Assembly: GCA_046582655.1 (NCBI GenBank)
Contig: JAYGDX010000198.1
Span: 1 to 64,000, forward strand
Length of the DNA: 64,000 nt
Direction: 5' to 3'
From: Candidatus Poribacteria bacterium
GTDB lineage: Bacteria > Poribacteria > WGA-4E > UBA9662
Under the pieces are notes generated by a model, which saw only the letters and a list, made by a program, of their open reading frames with translations, did not search any database and was not told where the DNA came from. How positions within the stretch are numbered: position 1 is the stretch's first letter; every line of letters begins with the position of its first letter. Made by a program: the position numbers and the translations under genes. This document shows, one piece after another, positions 50,741 through 61,796 of the stretch.

Positions 50741-52072
50741 ATGTCAGTACCGAATTCGCAGTCAGAAACAAAACTTCGTCAGTTTGTCAAAATAGCAAGT
50801 CTCTCATTATTAATTCTAAGTATCATTAGCATTCTCCCACTATCTGCTAATGCAGATAGTCATCAAGTCAAAATTGGTATCTTGCACTCTCTAAGTGGAA
50901 CAATGGCAATTTCTGAGACCTCTCTCAGGGATGTGGTTTTAATGGCGGTAGAAGAGATTAATTCCTCTGGCGGTGTGCTGGGGAAACAGATAGCGACTGT
51001 GGTGGTTGATCCAGCCTCTGACTGGCCACTGTTCGCCGACAAAGCAAAACAATTGTTAACCCGAGATAAAGTTGCCGTTACTTTTGGATGTTGGACCTCT
51101 GTCAGTCGTAAATCCTGCTTGCCGGTATTTGAGGAATACAATGGTCTGCTTTTCTATCCCGTTCAATATGAGGGTGAGGAGCAGTCGTTAAACGTTTTCT
51201 ATACTGCAGCATCTCCCAACCAGCAGTTAGTCCCAGCCGCCGAATACATGATGGAAGAGTATGAAATGGAAAAATTCTATCTTCTCGGTACGGATTATGT
51301 TTTTCCTCGGACTGCCAACAAAGTGCTGAAAGCGTTCTTGAAATCCAAAGGTGTGCCGGACGAGAATGTAGAAGAAGTATATACGCCATTCCATCATCAA
51401 GATTACCAAACTATCGTTTCCCAGATCAAAGAATTTGCTGCTGAAGGTAACGCCTGTGTTTTGTCCACCATCAATGGAGATAGTAATGTTCCTTTCTACA
51501 AAGAATTTGCCAATCAAGAGCTTACCTCGTCGGATTGTCCAATTATGGCTTTCTCTGTAGCAGAAGATGAATTGCGTGCTATGGACGTTCCTCCTTTGGT
51601 CGGGCATTTGGCTTGCTGGAACTATTACCAGAGTATCGATACGCCGGCGAACAATGGTTTTGTCAAAGCCTTCAAAGCTTTTTGTCAAAAAACAGGGTTG
51701 CCTGGCGGTTCTGATCGTGTAACTGACGATCCAATTGAAGCTGCGTACTTTGGTGTCTATGTTTGGAAAGCGGCAGTTGAGAAGGCAGGCTCTTTTGAGG
51801 TTGACAAGGTACGTGAAGCGGTTTATGGTCTTGATTTCGACGCACCAGGCGGCAAGAAGAAGATGCATGAAAATAATCAACACACGCTCAAGCCTGTTTA
51901 TGTTGGTGAGATACTAGCAGATGGCCAGTTTGAGATTGTTTGGCAGTCGGAAGGATTAGTCAGTCCTGATTCGTATAGTAGCTATCTGCATCCTGATGGA
52001 GATTATCCTGCTCCTACACCTACCGCAAAATTTAAAGAACTGTCAGCCAAGTCAGATCGCTGGAAAAAATAG
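50741..52072 (+). CDS. urtA: Urea ABC transporter substrate-binding protein
   Basis: GILHSLSGTMAISE, DPASDWPLFA, FGCWTSVSRK, YPVQYEG, GTDYVFPRTAN; ATG 50741 behind GGAGG. Confidence 0.95.
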   Translation: MSVPNSQSETKLRQFVKIASLSLLILSIISILPLSANADSHQVKIGILHSLSGTMAISETSLRDVVLMAVEEINSSGGVLGKQIATVVVDPASDWPLFADKAKQLLTRDKVAVTFGCWTSVSRKSCLPVFEEYNGLLFYPVQYEGEEQSLNVFYTAASPNQQLVPAAEYMMEEYEMEKFYLLGTDYVFPRTANKVLKAFLKSKGVPDENVEEVYTPFHHQDYQTIVSQIKEFAAEGNACVLSTINGDSNVPFYKEFANQELTSSDCPIMAFSVAEDELRAMDVPPLVGHLACWNYYQSIDTPANNGFVKAFKAFCQKTGLPGGSDRVTDDPIEAAYFGVYVWKAAVEKAGSFEVDKVREAVYGLDFDAPGGKKKMHENNQHTLKPVYVGEILADGQFEIVWQSEGLVSPDSYSSYLHPDGDYPAPTPTAKFKELSAKSDRWKK

Positions 52073-52130
52073 GTTGTTGACAACGGTTACTTATTTTTGA
52101 TAACCCCTCATATTAGAGAGGTCTCTATAC

Positions 52131-52170
52131 AAATGCCTGTTCCTTGAAGATCCTGAGGACGGGCATTTTC
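52131..52170 (+). terminator. Stem-loop between urtA and urtB (terminator or mRNA stabiliser)
   Basis: aaatgcctgttcctt..gaggacgggcatttt. Confidence 0.6.
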
Positions 52171-52218
52171 CGTTTAAGTTTTTCCTCAGTTAGAAGTTAG
52201 GATCTTCGATACTTTCCT

Positions 52219-53952
52219 ATGAGCATATTGACCGGCTATTTTGCCTTTGTTATACCTAGATGCCGTTTTTTTCTTTGGCTAATTTTTGTGACTTTGACTG
52301 TGTTTTTTGTACCCTCACGTTCTGAGGCAAACGAAGCTGAAATCAGAGATCTTCTCATTCAATTTGGCGACAAAAAATCTTCAGTGAGAAAGTCGGCTTT
52401 AATTGGCTTAGCAGAATACGAAGACGAACGTCTGGTATCTTTATTAGATGCATATAAATTGCGTCAACTCTTCATGTGGAATAACGAACAGATTGTTCTG
52501 TGCAAAGAGGTTCAAGACGGCGTTGCATATTTGCAAGATCCGTTAACAGGTAAAAAGTTACAAGATCTGTCAAATAATCGGCAGTATCAGGTTCCGATAA
52601 CGGATTTAAAGGCGATTCGCCCTGCTAGGCCGGAGCGAAACTTAGCCGAAAATGTTAAGTCTTTACTGAAACTCTTTTCCTCAAATTTTGACGCCCGTTT
52701 TTCAGGCGTCAAAAAGTGTGGTGAAACCAGAACCATTAAAGCTTTGGGTCAGTTAAATGATTTAGCTCTCAGAAAGTTGGAGAGTCTATCAAAAGAAGAT
52801 GCCGACAAAAAAATCCGGCGTGTTGCTCAGGAGAGTGCGTTGCTGATTCAAATCCATCAAACTCCCTTGAAAATGGATCTAGGAAGACATCTTGCCATCG
52901 TACAGCAATTGGGTTTAACAAAGAGCATGAGGGTACAGAAATATCTAGAAAGAACGCTAAAAACCATTGAAAAAGAAAAAGATACCGACCCACAGGCTCA
53001 AAAAACATACGGGAAGGCAATTAGGAAAATCGAAACATATCAAGGTCGTATTGCATTCCTATCCAATCTTTTTCAAGGAATATCTCTCAGTTCAGTATTG
53101 ATCTTGATGGCTTTAGGGTTAGCGGTTACTTTCGGATTGATGGGCGTTATTAATATGGCTCATGGTGAGTTAATGATGATTGGTGCTTATACAACCTTTG
53201 AAATGCAAAAATTATTCAATCACACAATAGAAGATTCTAACAACTGGTATTATGTCTTTGCACTTCCTGCATCCTTTCTAGTGGCGGCATTCGTCGGTTT
53301 TTTAATCGAGATTTTAGTAGTTCGTCATCTGTATAAACGTCCGCTGGAATCCTTACTTGCTACTTGGGGAATTGGCTTGATCCTGATTCAAGCCGTTCGC
53401 CTGAGATACGGTGATAATATTGGTGTCAACGCGCCAACTTGGGGGCGAGGTGGTATTGAGGTGATTCAGGACTTTGTCTTACCTTATGGCCGCTGTTTCA
53501 TTATTGTTCTATGTACTTTAAGTGTTCTTTCTATCTATTACCTTATGCGTTACACGGAACTTGGTTTAAAGATGCGTGCCACCATGCAGAACCGCGATAT
53601 GGCAAGTAGTTTAGGTGTGAATACTAATTTTGTTGACCGATATACATTTGCCTTTGGTTCTGGAATCGCTGGAATTGCTGGCTATGCTTGGACACTTGTT
53701 GGTGGAGTGACGCCTGATATGGGACAAACTAACTTCATCGTTGACTCTTTTCTGGTGGTTGTCACCGGTGGCGTTGGAGAAATTATCGGTGTCGTTTGCT
53801 CCGGGCTGGGTATCGGAGGCATTACAAAGGCGATTGAACCAACTATAGGTACTATTTGGGCCAAGATTCTTTTGTTGGTTGCGGTTGTCGTTTTCATTCA
53901 ATTTAAACCGTCAGGTCTGTTTGCTCCAAAAGGGAGGCTGGCAGATGATTAA
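52219..53952 (+). CDS. urtB: Urea ABC transporter permease with N-terminal periplasmic extension
   Basis: GLAVTFGLMGVINMAHGE, LYKRPLESLLATWG, VDSFLVVVTGGVG, GLFAPKGR. Confidence 0.93.
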   Translation: MSILTGYFAFVIPRCRFFLWLIFVTLTVFFVPSRSEANEAEIRDLLIQFGDKKSSVRKSALIGLAEYEDERLVSLLDAYKLRQLFMWNNEQIVLCKEVQDGVAYLQDPLTGKKLQDLSNNRQYQVPITDLKAIRPARPERNLAENVKSLLKLFSSNFDARFSGVKKCGETRTIKALGQLNDLALRKLESLSKEDADKKIRRVAQESALLIQIHQTPLKMDLGRHLAIVQQLGLTKSMRVQKYLERTLKTIEKEKDTDPQAQKTYGKAIRKIETYQGRIAFLSNLFQGISLSSVLILMALGLAVTFGLMGVINMAHGELMMIGAYTTFEMQKLFNHTIEDSNNWYYVFALPASFLVAAFVGFLIEILVVRHLYKRPLESLLATWGIGLILIQAVRLRYGDNIGVNAPTWGRGGIEVIQDFVLPYGRCFIIVLCTLSVLSIYYLMRYTELGLKMRATMQNRDMASSLGVNTNFVDRYTFAFGSGIAGIAGYAWTLVGGVTPDMGQTNFIVDSFLVVVTGGVGEIIGVVCSGLGIGGITKAIEPTIGTIWAKILLLVAVVVFIQFKPSGLFAPKGRLADD

Positions 53953-55114
53953 TAGAGGGTACGAATTTGGTGTGAACCAGAAAGCTAACGGGCTTAAGCG
54001 CAGTTTTATCTCGCTCCTATGGTTAGCGCTTGGTTTGGTTATTATTCCTCTGCTGTATGTTACTGGTGTAATCTCAATTGAGACAGTCAACAAATTGGGG
54101 CGGTACATGACCTATGCACTGGTGGCTGTGGGGCTGGATTTGATTTGGGGGTATGCTGGTATCTTGGGATTGTGTCAAGCTTTGTTCTTCTGTCTTGGCG
54201 GGTATGCCATGGGAATGTACTTAGCGCATCACGGTGGTCCTGAAGGCATTATTGATAAGACAGGTTGGAAACTGCCAGCTTGTTTATATGTAGTGTATCC
54301 TTACAAAGTAGGTGAAGCCCCGCAGGATGCTCTGGTACCATGGTTCTGGAAGCCGTTTTGGTCATTACCGACCACCGTTGTTCTTGGGCTTTTGATTCCG
54401 GGAATTGTCGCTTTCATTATTGGCTACTTCGGATTTCGTAGTCGTGTTCGTGGCGTTTATTTCGCTATTTTAACTCAAGCCATTACTGTTGCTGCCCAGA
54501 ACTTCTTTAGTATGAACAACATGAAATTCTGTGGTACCAATGGACTGACCCGGTTCGAGAAGATTGCCGGTTTTGAATTGGCTAACAGTAAAGTTCAGTT
54601 TAGCTTGTACCTTTTAACTGTTGTGATGTTGTTTCTAGTATATGTTTCATATCGGTATATCATTAATTCCCGGTTAGGTAGGGTCTTAATTGCTGTCCGA
54701 GATGATGAGAATACACTGCGTTTTTCCGGTTATAAACCCTACGTCTATAAACTATTCGCATTTGTTTTGGCTGCAGCAACCGCGGGCTTGGCAGGTATGC
54801 TGTATGTTCCGCAAATGAAGATCATCACCCCTCATAATTTGGGAGCGGAAAGATCTATCTTAATCGTAGTCTATGTTGCTGTTGGCGGTCGTAGCACGCT
54901 TTCTGGCGCCATATTAGGTGCGCTTAGTGTAAGTTTGATGTATGATTATCTGACTTCTGCTATTCCATGGGCTTGGCCTTTTGTACTTGGTTCGTTATTC
55001 ATTGCAGTTGTCTTGGGATATCCGGACGGTTTGGTCAAACTACCACAAAAATTGTTCAACAAGTTCAAAAGGTCAACTACCGAAGGTCCGTTGGAGGACT
55101 CGGCTACGTCTTAA
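53945..55114 (+). CDS. urtC: Urea ABC transporter permease
   Basis: GLDLIWGYAGILGL, FRSRVRGVYFAILTQA, GTNGLT, VAVGGR; start ATG 53945. Confidence 0.93.
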   Translation: MINRGYEFGVNQKANGLKRSFISLLWLALGLVIIPLLYVTGVISIETVNKLGRYMTYALVAVGLDLIWGYAGILGLCQALFFCLGGYAMGMYLAHHGGPEGIIDKTGWKLPACLYVVYPYKVGEAPQDALVPWFWKPFWSLPTTVVLGLLIPGIVAFIIGYFGFRSRVRGVYFAILTQAITVAAQNFFSMNNMKFCGTNGLTRFEKIAGFELANSKVQFSLYLLTVVMLFLVYVSYRYIINSRLGRVLIAVRDDENTLRFSGYKPYVYKLFAFVLAAATAGLAGMLYVPQMKIITPHNLGAERSILIVVYVAVGGRSTLSGAILGALSVSLMYDYLTSAIPWAWPFVLGSLFIAVVLGYPDGLVKLPQKLFNKFKRSTTEGPLEDSATS

Positions 55115-55144
55115 GACAGTAGGTTTCAAGGGGACAAAACGAAT

Positions 55145-55951
55145 ATGGCACAAGCATCGCAAACCCGACTTGACGAATATTTGCTAGATAGCCCAACCAT
55201 CAGCAGATTTTCAGAGGAAAAATTTATCCTTTTTCTAGAGGGGGTTACGGCTGTCTTTGATGGGTTCAAAGCACTGGATGTTGAAGCTTTAGGCATAGAG
55301 CATAATGAATTGCGCGTGGTGATCGGTCCAAACGGTGCAGGAAAGACGACCATGTGTGATATTGTCAGCGGGAAAACGCAACCTGCTACTGGAACGGTTC
55401 ATTTTGAAGGGAAAAACATTACGGATACATCTGAGACCGAGATTGCCCTGATGGGTGTCGGACGAAAATTTCAAACGCCAACAGTGTTCGACAGTTTAAC
55501 CACCTATCAAAATATGGAACTTGCGCTACCAGGGCATCAGAAGTTATTTCCTAATCTCTATAGCCAAGTTTCTGCCGAAGAAGATGATCAGATACTTAAA
55601 ATTCTTGAACGAGTTGGACTTAAAGATGAATTAGATGTTGAAGCCCGGTATCTCAGTCACGGTCAGCGGCAGTGGTTAGCAATCAGTACCCTAATTCTAT
55701 CCAGCCCAAAATTATTGTTGGTTGATGAACCTGCAGCTGGTTTAACCGATGCGGAGACGGAACTGACAGCAGAACTGCTTTTGGAACTAAAGGGCGATCA
55801 TACACTGATTATTATTGAACATGACATGGATTTTGTTCGTCGCCTTGATTCTTTCGTCACCATGTTACATGAGGGACGGATTATGGCTGAAGGCACACTG
55901 GAAGAACTTCAGCAAAACGAAGAGGTGATTGAGGCATATTTGGGAAGATGA
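55145..55951 (+). CDS. urtD: Urea ABC transporter ATP-binding protein
   Basis: GPNGAGKT, GRKFQTP, LSHGQRQWL, DEPAAG. Confidence 0.95.
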   Translation: MAQASQTRLDEYLLDSPTISRFSEEKFILFLEGVTAVFDGFKALDVEALGIEHNELRVVIGPNGAGKTTMCDIVSGKTQPATGTVHFEGKNITDTSETEIALMGVGRKFQTPTVFDSLTTYQNMELALPGHQKLFPNLYSQVSAEEDDQILKILERVGLKDELDVEARYLSHGQRQWLAISTLILSSPKLLLVDEPAAGLTDAETELTAELLLELKGDHTLIIIEHDMDFVRRLDSFVTMLHEGRIMAEGTLEELQQNEEVIEAYLGR

Positions 55952-56643
55952 TGTTAACGGTCAACAATCTTTCGTTTTCCTACGGCGAAGTTCAAGCTCT
56001 CCGCAACATCAGCGTTGATGTCCCGCAAGGGCAGATAGTAAGTATTATGGGACGGAACGGGGTCGGGAAAACCACCCTGATGAAGAATATCGTAGGTTTG
56101 CTCAAACCGTCGGCTGGAACAATTATGTTTGAAAATCAAGGGATTGAGAAACTTCCAGCACATAAGCGAATTCGGGTAGGTATTGGTTATGTACCTCAAG
56201 GGAGAATGATTTTTCCCAAACTGACCGTCACTGAAAACCTGAGGGTTGGTCTGGTCGCGCGGCAGAATGGTAAGATTATTCCAGATGAGATCCTTGATCT
56301 GTTTCCGATTCTACAGGAAATGCGCAATCGGATGGGGGGAGACCTTTCAGGTGGTCAACAGCAACAGTTAGCTATTGCCCGTGCTTTGGTTACCGATCCG
56401 AAAATCCTAATTTTAGATGAACCAACAGAAGGGATTCAACCTAACATTATCCAGCAGATTGGACAGGTATTAACACAACTGGTTGAGCAACGGCAAATGA
56501 CGATCTTGATTGTTGAGCAATATCTGGATTTTGTCAGAGAATTCTGTCAGCATTTTTACATAATGAATCGTGGTGAGATTGTGGCTAACGCTGAGACGGA
56601 AGGCTTGACGCAGGAAATCGTTAGAGAGTATCTTAGTGTTTGA
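55948..56643 (+). CDS. urtE: Urea ABC transporter ATP-binding protein
   Basis: GRNGVGKT, YVPQGR, LSGGQQQQL, DEPTEGIQP. Confidence 0.95.
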   Translation: MMLTVNNLSFSYGEVQALRNISVDVPQGQIVSIMGRNGVGKTTLMKNIVGLLKPSAGTIMFENQGIEKLPAHKRIRVGIGYVPQGRMIFPKLTVTENLRVGLVARQNGKIIPDEILDLFPILQEMRNRMGGDLSGGQQQQLAIARALVTDPKILILDEPTEGIQPNIIQQIGQVLTQLVEQRQMTILIVEQYLDFVREFCQHFYIMNRGEIVANAETEGLTQEIVREYLSV

Positions 56644-56682
56644 TTAGTTTAGATTCAGAGTGTTTGATTAGTTTAGATTCAG
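56635..56682 (+). repeat. Perfect 24-bp tandem duplication
   Basis: agtgtttgattagtttagattcag x2, spanning the urtE stop codon. Confidence 0.95.
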
Positions 56683-56710
56683 AATTATTGATTCATTTGC
56701 TGTTTGCAAT

Positions 56711-57580
56711 ATGTCCAACTTAAAATCCTCAGCCGGGCGGCACGGCGAACTCAGGCTCTCACTCTCAAACCGGAATAATCAAACAATTGTAACGGATAGT
56801 TATTGTCGTGTCCCGCTTCAAGTAATGAAACCAATCCGTGACCGCCAAAGCGGCGCAGTCTGTTTTTACTTGCTTAGCCCAACTGGAGGTGTTGTACAAG
56901 GAGACAACTATCGGATTCGGGTTGATTTATCAAATAGTGCTTATGCTGTGCTAACAACACAAGCTGCTACCAAAGTCTATGCCATGCCGAAAGGTTTGGC
57001 TAAACAGCAAATTGATTTTTATGTCGGCAAAAATTCAGTACTTGAATATCTACCGGATCCAACAATTCTTTTTCAAGCAGCCGATTTTGAGCAGCAGGTT
57101 AATCTTCATGTTAATCAAGAGGGAGGAAAAATCATTTTCCAAGAAATTATCATGCCGGGTCGACTAGCACGTGGAGAGGTAATGGCTTTCAAACGCTATC
57201 GTTCACAATTACGAGGATATGACGAGGATGGTATCATGTTGTATGATTCCTTTTGCCTTGAACCAGAACAGAATCCTCTAGATAACTTGATGAGTACCAT
57301 TGGTGTGTTGGATAACTATCCCTGTTGGGGGGCGTGGTATTTGCTTGGTGATTGCAGTTTGATTTTCCCTGAGTGGCAGCATATTTGCGATGTTAGCGAT
57401 CCCTTGCTGAATCAAGATGGGAAATCAACTGGCGGAATTACCCAATTGCATCGGAATGGTATGGCAATCAGAATGCTGGCACGAAACGCGCAAACAATTC
57501 AGTTCACTTTTCGACACATTTGGGATTGGATTAAAACAGAGGTTCTAGCACTCAAAAAGATTGATTTACGAAAGTACTGA
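56711..57580 (+). CDS. ureD: Urease accessory protein UreD
   Basis: PTGGVVQGD, TTQAATKVY, LEYLPDP, GRLARGE, LRKY end. Confidence 0.93.
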   Translation: MSNLKSSAGRHGELRLSLSNRNNQTIVTDSYCRVPLQVMKPIRDRQSGAVCFYLLSPTGGVVQGDNYRIRVDLSNSAYAVLTTQAATKVYAMPKGLAKQQIDFYVGKNSVLEYLPDPTILFQAADFEQQVNLHVNQEGGKIIFQEIIMPGRLARGEVMAFKRYRSQLRGYDEDGIMLYDSFCLEPEQNPLDNLMSTIGVLDNYPCWGAWYLLGDCSLIFPEWQHICDVSDPLLNQDGKSTGGITQLHRNGMAIRMLARNAQTIQFTFRHIWDWIKTEVLALKKIDLRKY

Positions 57581-57616
57581 GAATGCGGATATCATCAATA
57601 TATAAGGGAGAACATT

Positions 57617-57919
57617 ATGAACTTAACACCACGTGAGCAAGAAAAGCTGTTGATTTACGTGGCAGCCCAACTAGCCAAGGATCGTAAAGCGCGTGGGCTC
57701 AAGTTGAATTATCCGGAAGCTATCGCCTTGATCACAGCAGAAGTTTTAGAAGGAATTCGTGAAGGCAAGCCGGTAGCTGAGCTAATGAGTTATGGAGCCA
57801 CAATCTTGACGGAGGAAGATGTCATGGAAGGCGTCCCGAATATGATTGATGAGGTTCAAGTGGAAGGAACATTTCCAGACGGGACAAAATTAGTTACTGT
57901 CCACAATCCAATTCGCTAG
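57617..57919 (+). CDS. ureA: Urease gamma subunit
   Basis: [34 protein letters not shown]. Confidence 0.98.
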   Translation: MNLTPREQEKLLIYVAAQLAKDRKARGLKLNYPEAIALITAEVLEGIREGKPVAELMSYGATILTEEDVMEGVPNMIDEVQVEGTFPDGTKLVTVHNPIR

Positions 57920-57937
57920 CCAACGAAAGGAAAAATC

Positions 57938-58297
57938 ATGATTCCAGGTGAATACATTCTTGCTAAAGATCCAATTGATGCCAATGTCGATCGCCAAACA
58001 GTTGAATTAAACGTCATTAACCAAGGAGATCGACCTGTTCAAGTTGGATCCCATTTCCATTTTTTTGAGGTTAACCGTGCCCTGAAATTTGAGCGTGATG
58101 AGGCTTTTGGTATGCGGCTCAATATTCCCTCGGGCGTGGCGGTTCGATTTGAACCGGGCGATGAAAAAACGGTGACCTTAACCACGTTTGTTGGTAAGCG
58201 AACTGTCTTCGGGCTGAACAATTTGACTAATGGAGGGCTTGACGAACCAGAGGTGAAATCCGCCGCCATTCAAAAGCAAGGAGAGAGTGTAAGATGA
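57938..58297 (+). CDS. ureB: Urease beta subunit
   Basis: [27 protein letters not shown]. Confidence 0.98.
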   Translation: MIPGEYILAKDPIDANVDRQTVELNVINQGDRPVQVGSHFHFFEVNRALKFERDEAFGMRLNIPSGVAVRFEPGDEKTVTLTTFVGKRTVFGLNNLTNGGLDEPEVKSAAIQKQGESVR

Positions 58298-60006
58298 AAA
58301 TTACGCGGGAAACTTATGCGGATATTTATGGCCCAACAGTGGGCGACAAAGTTCGGTTAGCTGATACAGAGCTTTTTATTGAGGTTGAAAAAGACTGCAC
58401 CGTTTACGGTGATGAATCAAAGTTTGGTGGTGGTAAGACATTGCGTGATGGCATGGGACAATCGCCAAATGCCACTCGGTCTGACGGTGCGTTGGATCTG
58501 GTAATTACCAATGCCCTGATTCTGGATCATTGGGGGATTGTTAAAGCTGATATTGGTGTCCGTGATGGCAGGATTATCGGCATAGGAAAATCGGGAAATC
58601 CAAATCTGATGGACGGTGTCGGTGCAGAGATGATTGTGGGTGCTGGAACAGAGGTTATTGCTGGTGAGGGAATGATTGTTACCGCTGGTGGGATTGACGC
58701 CCACATTCATTTTATCTGCCCTCAACAAATCAATGAAGCCTTAGCGTCTGGAATCACAACAATGATAGGTGGTGGTACTGGGCCTGCTACCGGTACCAAT
58801 GCGACTACCTGTACACCCGGTGTTTGGAATATTGGTCGGATGCTAGAAACTGTTGAAGGGTTCCCAATTAACTTTGGATTTCTTGGAAAAGGAAACAGCT
58901 CATTTCCAGACCCACTACGTGAGCAGGTTGAGGCAGGGGCTATTGGCTTAAAATTGCACGAAGATTGGGGGACAACTCCAGCAGCTATTGACAATTGCCT
59001 TTCAGTAGCAGAAGAATATGATGTTCAAGTTGCTATTCACACGGATACACTTAATGAATCAGGTTTTGTGGAGGATTCAATTGCCGCATTCAAAGGCCGA
59101 ACCATTCACACCTACCACACAGAAGGTGCTGGAGGAGGACACGCTCCCGACATCATTAAAGTGTGCGGTGAAAGTAATGTTTTACCTTCGTCAACAAATC
59201 CCACACGTCCTTTTACTGTCAATACTATTGATGAACATCTAGACATGTTGATGGTTTGCCATCATCTTGATGCCTCGATTCCTGAGGATCTTGCTTTTGC
59301 TGAATCCCGAATCCGACCGGAAACGATTGCGGCTGAGGATATTCTGCATGACTTGGGGGCCTTTAGCCTCATGGCATCCGATTCTCAAGCCATGGGACGT
59401 GTGGGTGAAGTCGTTATCCGCACATGGCAGACAGCACACAAAATGAAGGTTCAACGTGGGCAGTTGCCTGAAGAAACGGGGGGAAATGACAATTTTCGGG
59501 CCAAACGATACGTTGCCAAATATACGATTAATCCGGCAATTGCCCATGGTATCTCTGATCAAGTTGGATCAATAGAAGTTGGGAAGATGGCGGATTTGGT
59601 TATCTGGCATCCTGCTTTTTTCGGCATTAAGCCGCAATTGATTGTTAAAGGTGGATTCATCGTACAAGCTGCCATGGGGGATGCCAATGCTTCAATTCCA
59701 ACGCCACAACCAATTTTGCAACGACCAATGTTTGCCGCTTTCGGTCGTGTTCCCTACACTACTTCTTGCACATTTGTTTCACAAGCCGGTCTGGACTCCG
59801 AAGTTGGTAATCAATTAAAACTGCAAAAGCCTCTAGTCGCAGTCAGAAGTTGCCGGTCTCTTTCGAAGGCAGACATGGTACATAACACCTATTTGCCTGC
59901 AATTGAAGTGGATTCCGAAACTTACGAAGTTCTGGCGGACGGTAACCTGCTGACATGCGAACCTGCCGAATTGCTTCCTATGGCACAACGTTACTTCCTG
60001 TTTTAG
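58294..60006 (+). CDS. ureC: Urease alpha subunit
   Basis: [44 protein letters not shown]. Confidence 0.99.
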   Translation: MKITRETYADIYGPTVGDKVRLADTELFIEVEKDCTVYGDESKFGGGKTLRDGMGQSPNATRSDGALDLVITNALILDHWGIVKADIGVRDGRIIGIGKSGNPNLMDGVGAEMIVGAGTEVIAGEGMIVTAGGIDAHIHFICPQQINEALASGITTMIGGGTGPATGTNATTCTPGVWNIGRMLETVEGFPINFGFLGKGNSSFPDPLREQVEAGAIGLKLHEDWGTTPAAIDNCLSVAEEYDVQVAIHTDTLNESGFVEDSIAAFKGRTIHTYHTEGAGGGHAPDIIKVCGESNVLPSSTNPTRPFTVNTIDEHLDMLMVCHHLDASIPEDLAFAESRIRPETIAAEDILHDLGAFSLMASDSQAMGRVGEVVIRTWQTAHKMKVQRGQLPEETGGNDNFRAKRYVAKYTINPAIAHGISDQVGSIEVGKMADLVIWHPAFFGIKPQLIVKGGFIVQAAMGDANASIPTPQPILQRPMFAAFGRVPYTTSCTFVSQAGLDSEVGNQLKLQKPLVAVRSCRSLSKADMVHNTYLPAIEVDSETYEVLADGNLLTCEPAELLPMAQRYFLF

Positions 60007-60016
60007 ACAAGTCAAG

Positions 60017-60460
60017 ATGATTATCGTAGACAAAATTCTTGGTCGAGTGGGAGATCAATCAGACCTTGAACGGGATACCGTTCAGCTGGATTGGGAAGGG
60101 CGTCAAAAAGCGCGACAACGCTTGATAACACAGGCTGGCCGCGAAATTGCCTTGGCCTTGCCAACTGGAACCGTCCTAGCATCGGGAGATCTACTTTACC
60201 AAAAATTTCCAATGGAGATTGTCGTGGTCAGTATACCGGAAAAGGTTTTCGTTCTGCGAGCGGAACCTGAAGTTCAATTTGGTCTTTTATGTTACCAAAT
60301 TGGTAATCTTCATCGTCCAATCGGGTTTGACGGTACTGATGTATTAACACCCTATGAACCTGTTCTTGAGAACCAGTTTAATCGTTTTGGCTTGGCTTAT
60401 ACGGTTGAGGATCGAATATTTACGCATTCTGCCAGTCAACTTCACTCACATGTCCATTGA
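60017..60460 (+). CDS. ureE: Urease accessory protein UreE
   Basis: LDWEGRQKARQRL, YQIGNLH, His-containing tail. Confidence 0.93.
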   Translation: MIIVDKILGRVGDQSDLERDTVQLDWEGRQKARQRLITQAGREIALALPTGTVLASGDLLYQKFPMEIVVVSIPEKVFVLRAEPEVQFGLLCYQIGNLHRPIGFDGTDVLTPYEPVLENQFNRFGLAYTVEDRIFTHSASQLHSHVH

Positions 60461-61127
60461 CCAATCTGTACTTCTGTTGTTTCAACTGACTGATAGTTTC
60501 TTTCCCACTGGATCCTTCGCACATTCTTTCGGTCTTGAAACCTACATCCAGAAAGGGATTATTACTGATCAAGAGCGTTTCGAATCGTTCCTTCGCGCTA
60601 TCCTCCACTTTGGTATCCGAAACTGCGATGCGATTGCTGTGACTCTTGCACATCGGTCCGATACTATAGATCAAATAATTCAGCTTGATCAACACCTTTC
60701 TGCCATCAAGCAACCTATTGAAATGAGGAAAGGAAGTGCGCAACTTGGCAAGCAATTTCTTCGAAACGCCAACAAAATCATTGAGAGGAGACTGGCAAAA
60801 GATTACCATAGAGCAATTCAATCAGGGAAATGTTCTGGACACCATTCAGTTGCATATGGGGTGGTAACCGCTGGAATTGAGTTATCTTTGGTTTTGCTCA
60901 GCTATTTACACAGTTATGTGGTGAGCCAGGTTTCAGCCGCCGTCCGCTTGATTCCACTGGGAGCAACCGATGGCCAACAAACGATTCGCTCTCTTCAACC
61001 TGACCTGCTGAAAATTGCCGAATTGGTCAAAGGCGCCAAGATGGAAGATCTTGGTGGTTTTACCCCGGCACTTGATATTCGAAGTATGCAGCATGAGCAA
61101 TTGTTTCACCGACTATTTATCTCATAG
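60450..61127 (+). CDS. ureF: Urease accessory protein UreF
   Basis: DSFFPTGSFAHSFGLE, VRLIPLG..GQ, HEQLFHRLFIS; start ATG 60450. Confidence 0.95.
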   Translation: MSIDQSVLLLFQLTDSFFPTGSFAHSFGLETYIQKGIITDQERFESFLRAILHFGIRNCDAIAVTLAHRSDTIDQIIQLDQHLSAIKQPIEMRKGSAQLGKQFLRNANKIIERRLAKDYHRAIQSGKCSGHHSVAYGVVTAGIELSLVLLSYLHSYVVSQVSAAVRLIPLGATDGQQTIRSLQPDLLKIAELVKGAKMEDLGGFTPALDIRSMQHEQLFHRLFIS

Positions 61128-61153
61128 ACGGATAAAATGTTACTGGAGTTCAA

Positions 61154-61777
61154 ATGACGAATCCTCTAAAAATTGGCGTAGGTGGCCCGGTTGGATCGGG
61201 AAAAACGGCTCTGATCGAGTGCCTGTGCAAAATGATGCACCGGGATTACCAACTAGCGGCTGTCACCAACGACATCTACACACGGGAGGATGCGGAGATT
61301 CTTTTTCGTGCTGGAGCTCTACCTGCTGACCGGATTCTTGGCGTTGAGACTGGTGGTTGCCCACACACGGCTATTCGAGAAGATATTTCAGTCAACTTGG
61401 AAGCGATAGATTTAATGGTTAACCGATTCCCTGACCTTGATATTCTCTTTTTGGAAAGTGGCGGTGACAATTTGGCTGCTTTTTTTAGTCCGGAATTAGT
61501 TGACGCAACCATATGTGTTATTGATGTTGCTGGTGGCGATAAGATTCCCAGCAAAGGTGGACCGGGAATTACGCGGTCAGACCTTTTAATAATCAACAAA
61601 ATCGATCTGGCGGAATATGTTGGGGCTGATCTGGATCGAATGGAGCAGGACGCCAAACGGATGCGTGCAAACGCAATCAGGGAAAATCCGTTTGTTTTTA
61701 CTAATCTTCGACTTGGTGTGGGAACTGAGCAGGTTGTCCGTTGGATTCAGAAAGAACTGCTTTTCGAATCCGAATAG
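61154..61777 (+). CDS. ureG: Urease accessory GTPase UreG
   Basis: [26 protein letters not shown]. Confidence 0.98.
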   Translation: MTNPLKIGVGGPVGSGKTALIECLCKMMHRDYQLAAVTNDIYTREDAEILFRAGALPADRILGVETGGCPHTAIREDISVNLEAIDLMVNRFPDLDILFLESGGDNLAAFFSPELVDATICVIDVAGGDKIPSKGGPGITRSDLLIINKIDLAEYVGADLDRMEQDAKRMRANAIRENPFVFTNLRLGVGTEQVVRWIQKELLFESE

Positions 61778-61796
61778 GTTTATTCAAAAACGAGAT

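Noticed and set aside
51227..51883. 218-aa minus-strand ORF and other long antisense ORFs
   Set aside because: They lie entirely opposite well-conserved genes such as urtA and ureC and have no motifs of their own.
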